NCBI GenBank assembly: GCA_026936335.1
Contig: JAPMXV010000007.1
Span: 124,001 to 188,000 of the forward strand
Source: Mantamonas sphyraenae STR306
Taxonomy: Eukaryota > Protista > CRuMs
DNA length: 64,000 nucleotides
Reading direction: 5' to 3'
Part shown: positions 31,701-44,271 of the stretch, in pieces
Position numbering within the stretch: position 1 is the first letter of the stretch
How the letters are laid out: each line of letters starts with the position of its first letter
Notes under the pieces: generated by a model
What the model was told of the DNA's origin: nothing
Seen by the model: the letters and a program-made list of their open reading frames with translations, nothing else
Databases searched by the model: none
Made by a program: the position numbers and the translations under genes

Positions 31701-34700
31701 CCGTGTGTTTGGTGCTGCAGCGTCGACGTCCATGCGTACTCGCTGCTCGTCAGTTGGTTGTTGAAGGCATCGCGCCCTGTGATCGTAAACGTGCTCTGTA
31801 CGCCTGCCACTGCAGACGTGAGTGCAGTTCCGTCCACGTGGCTCAGACTCGGAAACAGGACGGCCGGGTGCACCGTCACGATCTTGGTCTGTTGGATGTC
31901 CACATTGTTCACGCGCACACTCACGGCATAGTCTCCAGCAATTGTGGCGTTGTACTTGAGTTCGTACTTGCCGTTTGTTGCTGGCGTCAGTGCGGTCCAT
32001 GTGCCAGTCACCGTCGTCTGCACCCCGACCGTTTTGCTGGCCGTCAGCTGCAGTGCATCGGTCGTTACACTGCGCGTGTTTGTGTATTGATCGCGAGCCT
32101 CCAGTGTGAATGTGCTGTCACTGCCTGCAATCTGTGTGGTGAGCCCACTGCCTGCGATCACGCTCTTCAACGGATCCGTCGCCGCTGGTGTCACAGTGCG
32201 CGAGAATGGCGAGCTCTGAATGGGCGTCCCTGTCACCGATTCTTCTCGCACGTGCACCGTGTACGTGCCCGTGAGTGTCGGCGTGTACGTGGCCGTGTAC
32301 TGTCCGGCAGTGGGAGGGGCCTTGCCGACCACCGAAAAGGCCACGGGAATGGACGTGTGCAGTTGGTTGATTGCCTGCACATGGAAGGTGTTGCCGTCCG
32401 TTTGCGTGCGCAAGTTGCCGAATTCGTCGCGTCCCTGGATGGTAAACGAGGCCACGACACCCGCTACTTGCGTGCCTCCAAGCCCCGGACCCGACGCCGA
32501 ACTGCGCGGCGGATTCAGGGCAGAAGTTGCCGCCTCCATGGTGAAAGGAGTTCCTGCCACATCTGACGTTCCCAGTTTGACAATCACGTTGTACGTCAGC
32601 GAGCGGGTAATCGTAAACGTGGCTCGGTACTCGCCTCCGTTGCCAGTGTTGCTACGTGTCGCCTGGGTGACCTCTGCGGTGGCCACATGTTGCAACGAGA
32701 TCTGTAGATTGGAGTCTGGATGCGCCGTTTGCTGGTTGTTGTACTTGTCACGCGTGCGGATGAGAAACGTGTCCTGAACGCCAGCTGTAGCCAGCGTGCG
32801 GTCGTTGCCGCCGTCGTTGTGGACGCTGCATTTGGACGCAACCGACACGTGCGGCGTGATTGTCGTTGTGAAGGGGCTGTTCTTCACATGCGTCCCCTTG
32901 AAACGAATGTGCACCTGCCAGTCGCCAGCCTTGGTCACCGAGAACGAGCCCTTGTAGGTGCCGGCGCCCGTGGCACCCACTTCGGTCATCGCTCCGAAGA
33001 TCGTTGTCTCGCCCGAGCGGATCAGCTGCACCGAGAAATCTCCAGCTTCTGTGCTTGTCTCACGGTTGTTTTGGTAAAAATCACGCGCCTGCATGTCAAA
33101 CACAAACGCAGTGTCGGTACCGCCGTTGCCGGCCACTCCGCCCGACAGCGCGGTGCCCGTAGCGATGCACTCCTGCGCGTACGTTGAGGCAGAGGTGATC
33201 GTTGCCACTGGGTTGGTTTCAAGGGCGCCGTCGATAAGCAAGGAGAGCTGATACGTGCCTGCTTTGGTCGCGATGTACGACACAGTGTACCGTCCTGGTG
33301 TGGGTGCATTCACCACCGTCGTGGTCTGTTGCTGATTGTCTGCCTGTCGTGTGGCGGTCAACGCGATCAACGCCCTGTCGGACGTCGAGTGGGTCTGATG
33401 TTGTTGTTGTACTGATCGACCGCATCCACCTCAAACTGTTGCGTGCCTGCGGGGCCGCCTGTGAGGCCGGCCCCAGTGGCCACCGAGTTTGTGTGGATCT
33501 TGGTCGGCTTCACGGTCACTGTGACCTGATTCGGGATGGTCACGCCGCCGATCTTGACGTCGAATGCATAAGGTTTTGCGATGGTGCCTGTGAAGCGCAG
33601 GGTGAACTGACCGGAAGTTGGAACGCCCCGAGTAACGACGGACGCCACACCACCGCTGGTCAAATTGGCAATTGAAAATTGTGTCGTGTTGATGTGAGTC
33701 TCCAGTGTGTTGGAGTGCGTGTCGCGTGTCTGAATCACCCATGTCGTTTGCACGCCTGCCTCTTGTAGTGCAGTTTGCGCGCTGTTGGACACCGAGCTCT
33801 TGAGGGCATCCACTGCAGCAGGGGTGATCGTGTACGTAAATGGGCTCATGGGGCCAAACGTGCTTTGAACTGTCACCGTGTAGGTGCCCTTCTTGGTCAG
33901 AGTCAACGGGAAGCGCACCTGTCCTTGGGACAGGTCCACATCCACCGCATTTGCAGTCACTGTCTCGGGTCCTGTGCCCTGGGCTCGAAGAAGCTGCGGC
34001 TTGACCTTCACAATGTTTTCGTACTTGTCCTTCATAGTCACGCGGATGTCCACCGCGGTGCCTGCAAGTGCTGTCCCGGCAGGCGAAACGCCCGTGAGCA
34101 GACTCTTTGTCTTGTCAAAGTTGTCGTGCACCAGAGTAAACGACACTTGGTTGGGTGACCCGATCGTCTGGCCTCCAATGCGGCCTTGGATCACGTAGGG
34201 TCCTGCAAGCGTGGCCGTGTACTTGTAATATCGCCATCCCGTAGTCCACGCGTCGTTACCACCCGTGCTCGTGCCCGGATTCAGGGATGCTGTAAAAGTC
34301 GGTCCCGAAACACGGTGCACTTCAAAGTCTTGCTTGGTTTGCTGGGAGTACCTCCTGTTCCCAAACTGATCCCTTGCGACAAAGACAATGTAGCGGAAGT
34401 CGCTGACGGTGCCTCCGTTTTGGTCTGTCTCCTGCGTGCGGATGTGGCAGTTGCTGACGCTGACCGCGCCCGGCCACACCTGAAAATCGTCCTCGTAGCC
34501 AGAGAGCTGATAGTTGTCGTAAAAGAGTTTCAGCTTCCAAGTCTTTGCCTTTGTGGGCATTGTCAGGGTCATTGTGGCGCCGTTGCCTGTACCTGCACTC
34601 TGTGTTGTTTCCACGTTGGGTTCCCCGCTGGCCTCGAACCGAGCTTTCATGACCTTGTTCTCTGCGCCAACGACGTTGTCCCACGAATCCCGGAATCCAT

Positions 34701-37132
34701 ACGTGGCTACGGCTGCAGTCGTGCCAGCATAGTAGCGGATGGCGCCGTTGGTGCCCGTGCCGGCCGATGCCAGTGTGTGTTCGCGGTCCATCGCCGCACC
34801 CACAACGGTGAAGGTACGTACGGACGTAAATGTTGTACTGTCTCCCCTGAGTTTGGCCGTGTATGTGCCCGCTTTCGTGAGCTTGAAAGGGCCAACAGAA
34901 TCCTGACGATTGGTATTGGTCACATCGCCGGGGTTGGAGTTGCTACTAAAGTCAATCTGGAGATTCTTGGGCCACCTGATTTTGCCCGAGATGACTCCTG
35001 CTGGGATGACGTTGTTGAAAACATCCTTGTAGAGAGCCTTGGAGTAGTAATTGGTGTTGGATGCCGTGTACTGGTGGCCGGGACGGGGATCCGTTGTAGA
35101 CGAGAACCAATCGCTCTTTGATGAACTCCAGCTTTCTGGATAATAGTCAGTGTCAAAGGGCATGTTTCCACCATTGGGATTGAGAATACTCTGGGCCGGG
35201 TTGCCGCAGCGCACGGTCATGCGGTACTTTCCCACTTGGCGGTGATCCAGGTCGTAGCGAAACGCCTTCTGAGATGATGACCATTGGTGGTACACCGGAT
35301 TGTTCATGCCGGTGGTAATGCAACCAGAACACGCCGTGTAGGTGAACTGACACTGCGGGTTGGCCACTTGAATGTAAATCCGGTTGCTCCACGCATCGTA
35401 TGGAAGGATGTAAACCGTCTCATCGTCGTCAACCTCCCGGTCGACAATGTCTGTGATTTTTCCTTTGCTCCAGTCGGGTGTTTGGGCGGTGATGGTGATT
35501 TGCCGTTGGTCGATTGTGTCGGAGCCGTACTTGACCTTGAGCGTCAAGCCACCGTACACGGTGGTAGATCCCCACAAGATTGTGCCAGCCGTTGTTGACT
35601 TGCGTGCGTTCATCACGTTGTTCGCAGAGATGTCCACGTTGCTCCAGTACGTGGCCACGGTCAGCACGTTGCCCTGACTGTCCTTGAGTGTCACTGTCGC
35701 GGTGTGGTCGTTGGCCGTCGTTTGCAAGGATAGCGTGGACGAAGTTCCCCATGAACCGCCGCTGACTGTACTCTTGGTGGCGTCGGGAGTGCCCGCGTTG
35801 ATGGTCAGAGAGAACGGAGTGCCGGTGAGGATGTTCGTTCCCTTGTACTTGACCGTCCATTGGTACGAGCCGGGCCTGGTGAATATCCCACTGGTACACT
35901 TGTAATTTCCCTCGCCGGAAGATTCTGAACAGCTGGGCGTCGGTGCGTTTGTGCCGGTGACTTCCATCTTCAAATTGGGGTTGACTCCGGACACGGAGAT
36001 TTCGTCGCCGCAATTGGGTGTGTTGGACGGGCAGTAGTCCGGGACACCCTCAAAGTCCGTGGGCTGACTGACGCCATCCTTCATGGTGATGTCCACGGTG
36101 AACGTGTATCCGGCTGTCTTTGTGTCCCCGTTGGAAGGGTGGTTGGTCACCTCGCTTTTGCTGGCGTCCGCCGCTCCTGCGCATCCCGGTGTATCCAGAC
36201 ATAAGCACGCAGCGGTAAATGGGAATGGGGTGTCAGTAGGTTGCTCTTGTGTCAATACCATTTGCATGAAGCCTCTTGAATGTCTGTCGTGCGGGAGAGA
36301 GAAGGAGCGCGTCTAAAAAACGTGGACTCGCTCGCTCTCGAAAAAAGGGACACGTGAGGCTCCCTCTGCACAGCGACTCACCAGAATAGACAGGGTAATG
36401 AGCTGTGACGTCGAAGAAGCAGCCGGTTTCCTGTGGCGTTCCCTCTGCGGCGGCGGTATGTGCCTTGGTATGCACGCGGACTCTGCAGGCAATGTTGTTG
36501 AATACGTGTGGCACGCCTTGGACATCGCCCGGCATGATGTACTTCATGTATCCACCGCTTTTGGTCATCTCGATGGTGCCAGCCACGGTTCCCGCAGCAG
36601 GCGCTGCAGTGCCCGCTGTGCAGTCTACACCCGCGTACGCTTTCCAATAGGGTGTTTGGGTCAGGTAGTCCTTGAGATAGTCGCCTCCATTTTGCTTCGT
36701 CCTGGTCCTGATTTCCAGCCGCATGAACCCTCCATGGGTCACACGCCACTTGTTGTTGCCGTCTTCGAGCACTGAGACCAATCCATATGCAGTGTGTCAG
36801 TTTCACAGGACAACCGTTCTGCGCGCAAAACGTCTTCGTTTCGTTCGGGCTCGCGAAACTTACACTTCATCTCCACTGTGCGCACACGACACCCCATCCC
36901 GCACCAATCCGTGTCAGTTCAACGTGCACAGGCACCACAACTGTCTCCTCTCGCTTCACTCACCTCCGTTTGTCGGATCTGGGATGCAGTTGCACCCGTT
37001 CAAACTGCCACAAATGTTTCCAATGGTTCCGCAATCCACAGCTGGTCCCTGGTTGAAGCCACAGTCAGCAGCGACCAGGACCAACACTTGGATCAGTGCA
37101 AGTGCAACCAAGATGTGTTTTCCCTTGCGCAT
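19772..37132 (-). CDS. Giant multipass surface receptor (~5,650 aa): signal peptide, filamin-type Ig repeats, IPT/TIG, discoidin-like, Ig-like repeats, Cys-rich repeats, ~9-TM TRP/FLC-like domain, two RGS-like domains; exons 37132-36964, 36875-36864, 36771-36382, 36176-19772, with an apparent frameshift at ~33370-33430
   Basis: Signal MRKGKHILVALALIQVLVLVAA; repeated F-x-I-x-ARD-x-F/Y-x-N..G-x-Y-x-A-x-Y..AG-x-Y..SPF; P..G...G.T.VT..G..F (IPT); C..C..G.Y Cys repeats; YRFLYDGY..FWE..RK..PF..NLE membrane signature. Splice phases are consistent. Confidence 0.82.
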
Positions 37133-37186
37133 GGTTTGCCCTGCTGCAACGAAACACCAAATGTGGGCTTTTGTTTTTCCTCTGCC

Positions 37187-40100
37187 TCAGCGGGAGCTCC
37201 CCCCACTCTTCCTCTTGCCCGACCCGCCATGCGAGGGCAGAGTGTTGCTCAACGTTAGGTCTAGATCGCTGTCTGGCACAAACTCCTCCACTGGTTTGCG
37301 CTTTGCTGCAGCACTTGCACTCACCACACCACGCTTCTTGCTTCCGCTGCCACTGCCACTGCTACTGCTACTTCGCCCTCCACTAGGCCCACCACCCGTT
37401 TGGCTCCCTTTCTTTGTGTGGCTCGTCTTGCCTGTGCCACTCCCGGTGCTGGTTCCCGCCCTGGCTTTGCCTCCGCTCGACCCAGACAGCGTCAAATCCA
37501 CATCCGTCTTCACCTCACCGCTCGAAGTGTCTGATTTCCCGCCCCCACCGCTACCAGAAGGAACCCGCACCACGGACGAGGATTTGGTTTTGGACGACGA
37601 CGACTTGGTCGACCCAGAACCGCCGCTCTTGGTGCCGCTGTTGCTTTTGCCTCCCTTCCCGCTGCCTCCTGTGCTTTTACGTCCTGCAGCTATGGTTTTG
37701 CTCACCTGTTTCTTGCTGCTTCCCTTTTCCCCTGCGCTGCTTGTGGATTTCTTTGCACCTCCCCCGCTGCTCGTTTTGCCTCCGCTCGAGCTCTTGGAGC
37801 CCTTGCTCTTCTTCCTACCCGAATTCATCGCCGTCGGCATGCTCACCTCGGCTGGTGCAATTGCAGTCACTCCAGTCTCCCCGCTGGCGTGCACCTCAAT
37901 CGTCACCTTCATCGCCGCCCGCTTCCGGCTCGGCTTCCAATCTCGTTGCGGCAGCGGAAACGGTGAGCCCGTGCCGCCCCTTAGCGCGGGCACCTGTGAC
38001 GGTCGGCTTCCTGTGCTGTTGCGCTTGCCTCCCAGGCCCTCCTTTGCCTCCATCGAGTCCACCAACCGCCGCGGTGTGTCGCCGCCGTCCGTGTCGCTCT
38101 CCCAATCCTCGGACATGGGGCTGCCCTCCAGTCCGTCTTCCCAAGTCACACTGCGCGCAGACCTCGGTGTCCGCGGTGTCTGTCCCCCCTTGCTCGGCTC
38201 CTCCTTGCCGCTCTCGCGTGCAGACTTGCGAGACACCTCCACCCGCATGCTCCCGCCTTTTGATCCCGCCGATGCGCTCACACCTCCCTTGGCGCTTGCT
38301 GTGCGTTTCGATGAACGCTGCGACCTGCGTGTGCTCTGCTCCCGGAAGGTTTGGATCTTTTGTGACGCCGAGTTGGCCACTGTCCGACGCCGCTGCGCCT
38401 TTGCAGCGCGCATTTGATCCATCTGTGACTCTGGGATCACTTCGCCCATCAGTTCGTCCATGTCCTCCTTGGCCACGTCCACATCGTCTCCGTACGCCAC
38501 GTCTTCGTCCAGCCCGTCTGCCATTGCATGCATACCTGCAATCGGCCGCTGCTTCAGCGCCGCCGTTGCTGCGTAGTGCCGTGTCAGCTCCCCTCGCAGC
38601 TCCGATTCGTCTTCGTCGTCAAATTGCTCCGTCGTGTCGAATTCCACGTCACTGTCCACCCCATCCGAGTCGTCGTCGCCGTCATCTGCACCCCAAGACG
38701 GGGCACCACCGCCACCAGGCCGGATACTCACAGAACCAGCCAGCACAGAGTCGTTGTCCTCCGCCGCCGTGGTGCTTGCACCCGCCATGCCCCCTTGGGC
38801 CACCATGGCCGCAGCAATCGCAGCTGCACCTCCGGGTTGCTTGTTCTTTGCCGCCAGCAGGCCGCTCTTGAACGCAGCTGCCGCACGCATGGCATGCAAT
38901 GCAGCACTGATGTCCTTTTTCTTGGAATGAGGCATCACTTGTTCGTCGTACAGATCAAACACGACCTCATTCTCCTCCACTTCCATCGCCGGGTCGGCGT
39001 CATCCTCGTCCTCGTCGTCTGCCCGCCGCCTGAATTGCGGCTCAAACGCAAGACCTGCCAACTCTTCCATGTCTTCGTCTTCCTCCTCCGCCTCGCTGTC
39101 GCTCCCCTCGTCCACCATGGTGCGCCTCCTGGGCTCCCCGCGCGACTGAGCACGCTCGGCTGCACCGGACTTGTACACATGCGTCGGCACATCCAGGTCC
39201 CCTGCCGACCGCGCACTGTCCAACGCAGGCACGGAAATCCGCCTTGCTGTCGATTCGCTGTCCACCTCGTCCTCTGTAAACAGGCTGCCTCGGCTGCCCC
39301 GTGTGTTTCGGTTCTGTCCCGGACGCCTCTTGTCCAGCACCAACACCTCCTCCTCCAAGTCTTCCTCCTCTTCTCCCTCCGTCTCCTCTTCTTCCCACCT
39401 CTCTCCCTCCGTTTCCGTCTCTGTGTCCGCCTCCGAGTCGTCCGTGCCCGTCTTTGATCCCACCTTCTTGCCTCCTTTCTTCCCGCTCTTGCCACTCTTG
39501 CCACTCTTGCCACTCTTGCCGGCCTTTCGCCCCTTTTTGTCCGTTTTGCTTCCCGTCGACGCCAGGCTGGCACGCTTGGGTCCTCCTTTGCGTGCACCCG
39601 ATGCTGCCACTCCTCGCTTGCCCGACTGCTTTGCCCCAGCCAGCGTCTTGCGTGTCTTGCTTCCGCTTTCCGATGCCCTGCGCTTCGCCTGCTCCACCTC
39701 TTCCGCCGCCGTGGCCACGTCGGTTGACCCGCTGCGACTCATGCCCGTCGCATCCAGCGCAAGCTTGCGCAGCCTCTTGTTCTCGCGCTCCAGTGTGGCG
39801 ATGCGTCGCTTGGCTGTGCGCAACTCCGCCTGCTGTGCCTTGGCACTCATTCCGTCGCCGCCGTCCCCGCCACTGGCGTCCAAACCGCCCCCTCCTTCGC
39901 CGCCTTCCACGCGCTTGCGCAGCCTTTCGTTTTCGCTTTGCTCCTCCAACAGTTTGGCTTTGGCCTGTTGCAGCTTGCCCAGCAGCCGTTCCTGCTTCTT
40001 CTTCATGGCTCCCAACTCGTCCGACTGCGACTTGATCAGGTTCAGATTGCTCTCGTTGCGCTGCGTCAGCCGCTGGTTTTCCTTCTGCAGCTCGCTCGTT

Positions 40101-42969
40101 TCGTTTTCCATCGAGCCCAGCTTTCCCATGGTGCGTTGCGTCTTGCGCAGCTCAGGCTCCAGCATCGCTTCTGCCGCCGTGCACCTTTCCTGCAGCTTTT
40201 CCATCTTCTTTTCCATCGCCTGCATGTCGGCAATCTTCTTGTTGGCCATGGCCGCCTCCATCTTGTACCGCTTCACTGCGCTGTCCCGCTCCTTTTCCAC
40301 CTCCAGCTTGCGGTCGTACAACTCCTGCAGCTTCACGTTCAGCGCCTCAATCTCCTCCTTGCTCCCGTCGTTGTTCGATTTGCTTTCCTTGGCACTCTTC
40401 ACGCGCATCTTCAGCTTGTCCACCTCCCGTGTGCGTGCCTGCAGGAAGCGTTCCGTGTCCTTTTGCCGTTGCACTGCACGCTCCAGGTCGTGCCGCGCGT
40501 CAGTTTCCGCCTGCCGCGCCACTTTGTTCTCCGTTTCCAGCTCGCCCACGCGCGTTTCCAGATTCACCACGGCGTGCCGCAGTGCTTCCTGTTTCTCCTT
40601 GTACTCCTTCAGCTTGCCCTTGTAGTGTTTCTTCTCCTCGTCTGTGGGCGGGTTTGCATCTTCCACCGTTTTGATGATGTTGTGCAGCCGCCGGATTTCG
40701 TTGTAATACACCATCACGTGCGCCTCCATCTCCGCCGCCCGTGTCAGCCGTGGGTCCTTCTGCAGATCCTGGATTTGCGTGTCCTTCACCACCAGTTGCC
40801 GCTCCAGCCGCTTGATCTGCGCCTTGAGCGACGACACCATGGTTGGGTCGTTGACCTTGCCGCCCAGCGTGGTCATGTTGACCACCGCTGCCACTTCGGC
40901 TCCCCCTGCACTGCTGCCGTCCATTCCGCCGCTGCTGGCCATGCCCGGCTGTGGACTGGCCACGGGCAACACCACCTCGGCCTCCAGCCGGCTGGATTTG
41001 CCCGCCTGGTTCTTGTAGCGGTTTGCCTGGGTCTTGAGCACCTTGTTGGCCTTTTCCAGCTCCAACACTTCGGCTTTAAGGTCCAACACCTGCCGGGACA
41101 GCTCTTCGGCGTCGTAGAATTGGCCCTCGCCACGCGCACGCTGTTTGTCCATCTTGTCGCTGGCACGGCGCAGGGCCACCAGATCCATTTCCAGCACCTT
41201 GTTCTGTTTGGCCATTTCTGTGTTTTCCTTCTTCAATTTGCTGATCTGAGCCATCAGCGTCCGCTCACGCTGGTCAGTCATGGCCCCACCGCCGCCACTC
41301 TTCCCAAATGCACGCTCGCGTGCCTGTCGGTTGCGCTTCATCACCTCTTGCGTGGCATCCGACAGCTTGGCAAACCCGGACGACCGTGCGCCTCCCACCG
41401 CAGCCGACTTGGGCCGCCGTGTCCTGCTGCTGCTGCGTCCGCGAGCGCCGCTCTTGCTCGTGGCGCTGCTCGGACGCACGCTGCTTGCCGTCGATCGAGC
41501 CGGCGACGACGCCGTGGTCGAACTCAGCTTGCGTGCTGCCACCGGTCGCCCACGCGTGTGCTGTGTGATGTTGGAAGGTCCTGAACGACGAGCTGCCACC
41601 GACGCTGAGCTTCCTCCACCCGTTCCTCGTCCATTGCCGCCTCCTTCTTCCTCGTCGCTGTCGTCAGGATACCGATTGAGACTCTTCCGTGTGTCCTGTT
41701 GCATGCTTTTCAGCTTCTGCGCCCACTCCTGACCCGACATGGATGCACTGCCTCGGCTGCTGTTGCCCTTGACGCCGCCGCCTCCTCCACCTCCGCCTCC
41801 ACCTCCAGTTTGCACTTCAAACTCTTCCTCGTCGTCCACTTCGTCGTGGTCGTCTTCGTCATGGCCGCCGCCCCCTTCGTCCGAGCTGGTGTCGCTGAGG
41901 TCGTCGTCGTCCAAGTCGTCCAGATCGTCGAGGTCGTCCTCCTCGTCCAGGCCGTCGTCGTCCTCTGCCTCGGCGTCTTTGCCCTTGGCACTGCCACGCC
42001 GTGCCTGTGCTGGTTCGTGGTGTGCTCCCGTGTCGTTGAGCAAGTCATCCAGATCGTCGTCATCATCATCGTCATCATCGTCATCGTCATCATCGTCGTC
42101 CTCGTCGTAGTCGTCGTACCTTCGGCTGCTGCTGCTGGAGCGCTGTTTGTTCACATACCGCTCTGCGTCGGCATCACTCATGCTCCCGTCGCTGAGCAAC
42201 AGAGCCATGTGAAGTTCGCCCACCTTTTTGGGGAGGCGCGAGTCTGCACCCGAGTTCTTGGCCCGGTTGAGTTGGAACCATTCGTCCTTCACTTGGTTTT
42301 TGGGCAGGTGCTGGTGGTACACGTAGCACTCTCCCAACACGGTGTGTGCTCGCACTTTGTTCTTCTCTACAACTTGCACTGTGGGCGGTGTGTCGTGTGC
42401 ATGTTGGCCCGCGCAACGAGTGTGTGGCCGCAAAAAGAACGTGTGTCAGCCACACCCAAACACAGCGGCGGCACTCCATCTCGCCTCTCCACATGCACCC
42501 TGGCCTGTACGTCCTGCCAAACGGGCCGCGTGGGACAGCACATGCATGTGTGGTGGCAACTCACCCTTGATGGTGTCCTTGGAGTTCTTGTTCACGGAAC
42601 TGGACGGGGCAACACTCGTGTCAGCAAGGGGTAACGGTTGCGGCGCCATTGGCTTACTCTATGCTCCGACCCAAACTCACAAGGCAAACTGTGTGTGATA
42701 CTCCGGATGCTCTCCACGCGTCGCACTGTCCTTGTCCATATACTCCTCGCCGCCATACGACACCACCACCATCGTCTTGGCGTTGGGGGCTGTGATGTGT
42801 GTCAGCCAAAGACCAACCCTAAAAAATCCGCGCGCTCCACCCTGCTTCCTCTCTCTCCACTGCCAAGACGCCCACAAGGGGCCACTCCCAACCAGGTCTG
42901 CAGCCACCTACCTCTCACTTCCTTGCCAATATCTTTGGCCTCCAACACATGGAGCGTCAGGCGCGACAT
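37187..42969 (-). CDS. C2-domain, IQCE-like coiled-coil protein with long low-complexity tail; exons 42969-42912, 42789-42681, 42599-42565, 42378-37187 (~1800 aa)
   Basis: C2 motifs LTLHVLEAKDI..HPEY..F..VQVVEK..LGE..DEWFQL..GELHMAL. Coiled coil SSLKAQIKRLERQ..KD..I..LQKD..T..EM....YYNEIRRL resembles IQCE; IQ-like ASQKIQTFR. Confidence 0.75.
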
Positions 42970-43013
42970 CACGTTGGCGCCCCAGGCGAACCAAAACGAA
43001 CCCACAACACACC
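42970..43013. promoter_or_regulatory. Putative bidirectional promoter region: 44 bp between divergent ATGs of the C2/IQCE-like gene and VPS2
   Basis: Head-to-head start codons at 42969 (-) and 43014 (+), both anchored by conserved N-terminal protein motifs. Confidence 0.55.
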
Positions 43014-44227
43014 ATGGACTGGCTGTTTGGCAAAACCAAAACCCCGGAGGAGATGATGAAGGAGAACAAGCGGCTGATTCGCAGGTCGATCCGCGACCTG
43101 GAGCGTGAACAGCGACGCCTGGGCACGCAGGAGAAGAAGCTGGTCAAGGAGATCAAAGAAGTGGCCGAGCAGGGCAAGATGGTGAGTTGTATGGCCCTAT
43201 AACAGATGCAACGCCCTGTATGGTCGCATGTGTCACCTCCCACCTGTGTGTACGGCGGCGTGTGTCATGTTTGCGCACACTACCAAAGGACCCACGCGCC
43301 GATGAGAATTCCCACCACGGTTTGCTGACACTGCTCGCGCCTCCCATGGCCCGCGGCCTCACAGAACATCCTCAAGATCAAAACAAAGGATCTTGTGCGC
43401 ACGCGCAAGCAAATAGACAAGTTTGGACGCATGGTGGTGCAGATGGAAGCTGTGTCGTTGAAGATGGAGGTGAGTTTTTGCGTCTCGCAGGGAGTCTTTC
43501 CCATTGGCCCGCAACGGCTGAGGGACGGATGCTTGTCCACGCGCCAACACAAACTGCTCACACGCAACCACACACGACTTTGCCCTTTCCCATGCCTGTT
43601 TGACGTGTCCACAGACGCTCAAGGCGACACAGTCGATGGCCCAGGCCATGGGAGGCGTGACAAAGGCGATGAAGCAGATGAACGCTCAGATGAACCTGCC
43701 GAGCATCCAGAAGATCCTGATGGAATTTGAGAAGCAGAGTGACATCATGGAGAGCAAAGAGGAGATGCTGGACGACACCATCGAAGATGTGATGGAGGAG
43801 GACGAGGACGAGGAAGAGGAGGAGGAGATCATGCGCAAAGTCCTCGACGAGATTGGCATCGAACTCAACCTCAAGCTTGCCGACGTGCCCAACGATGACA
43901 TCCAATCCAGCAACACAAACAAACAAGGTCAGCAACCCCAAGGGCAAGGTGGCCATGGTGGAAGGCGGTGCAGGCACCTCTTCCTCCTCCTCGGGTTCCG
44001 GCCGCACAGGCAACAGCAACACAACCTCCAGCAGCAGCACCACCACCACCACCACATCATCATCATCATCATCATCATCATCCACAACCACAAGCAGCAG
44101 TGACACAAGCTCGACCTCCACAACATCATCCGGTGCGGGCGAAGACGACAGCAGTCTTGGTTCGCCTTCGGGCTCGTCCGACTACGACGACCTGCAGCGA
44201 CGCCTGGACGCCCTGCGCAACAAGTAG
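43014..44227 (+). CDS. VPS2: ESCRT-III subunit VPS2/CHMP2; exons 43014-43181, 43365-43469, 43615-44227, with an apparent frameshift at ~43911-43927
   Basis: MDWLFGKTKTPEEMMKENKRLIRRSIRDLERE, KDLVRTRKQ, AMGGVTKAM..MN..MNLP.IQKI..EFEKQS, VLDEIGI; the MIM1 motif DDLQRRLDALR lies in the +1 frame. Confidence 0.9.
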
Positions 44228-44271
44228 ACAGAACAATGGAATGGATGTTTCATGCTGTCCCAGCTGCCGCC

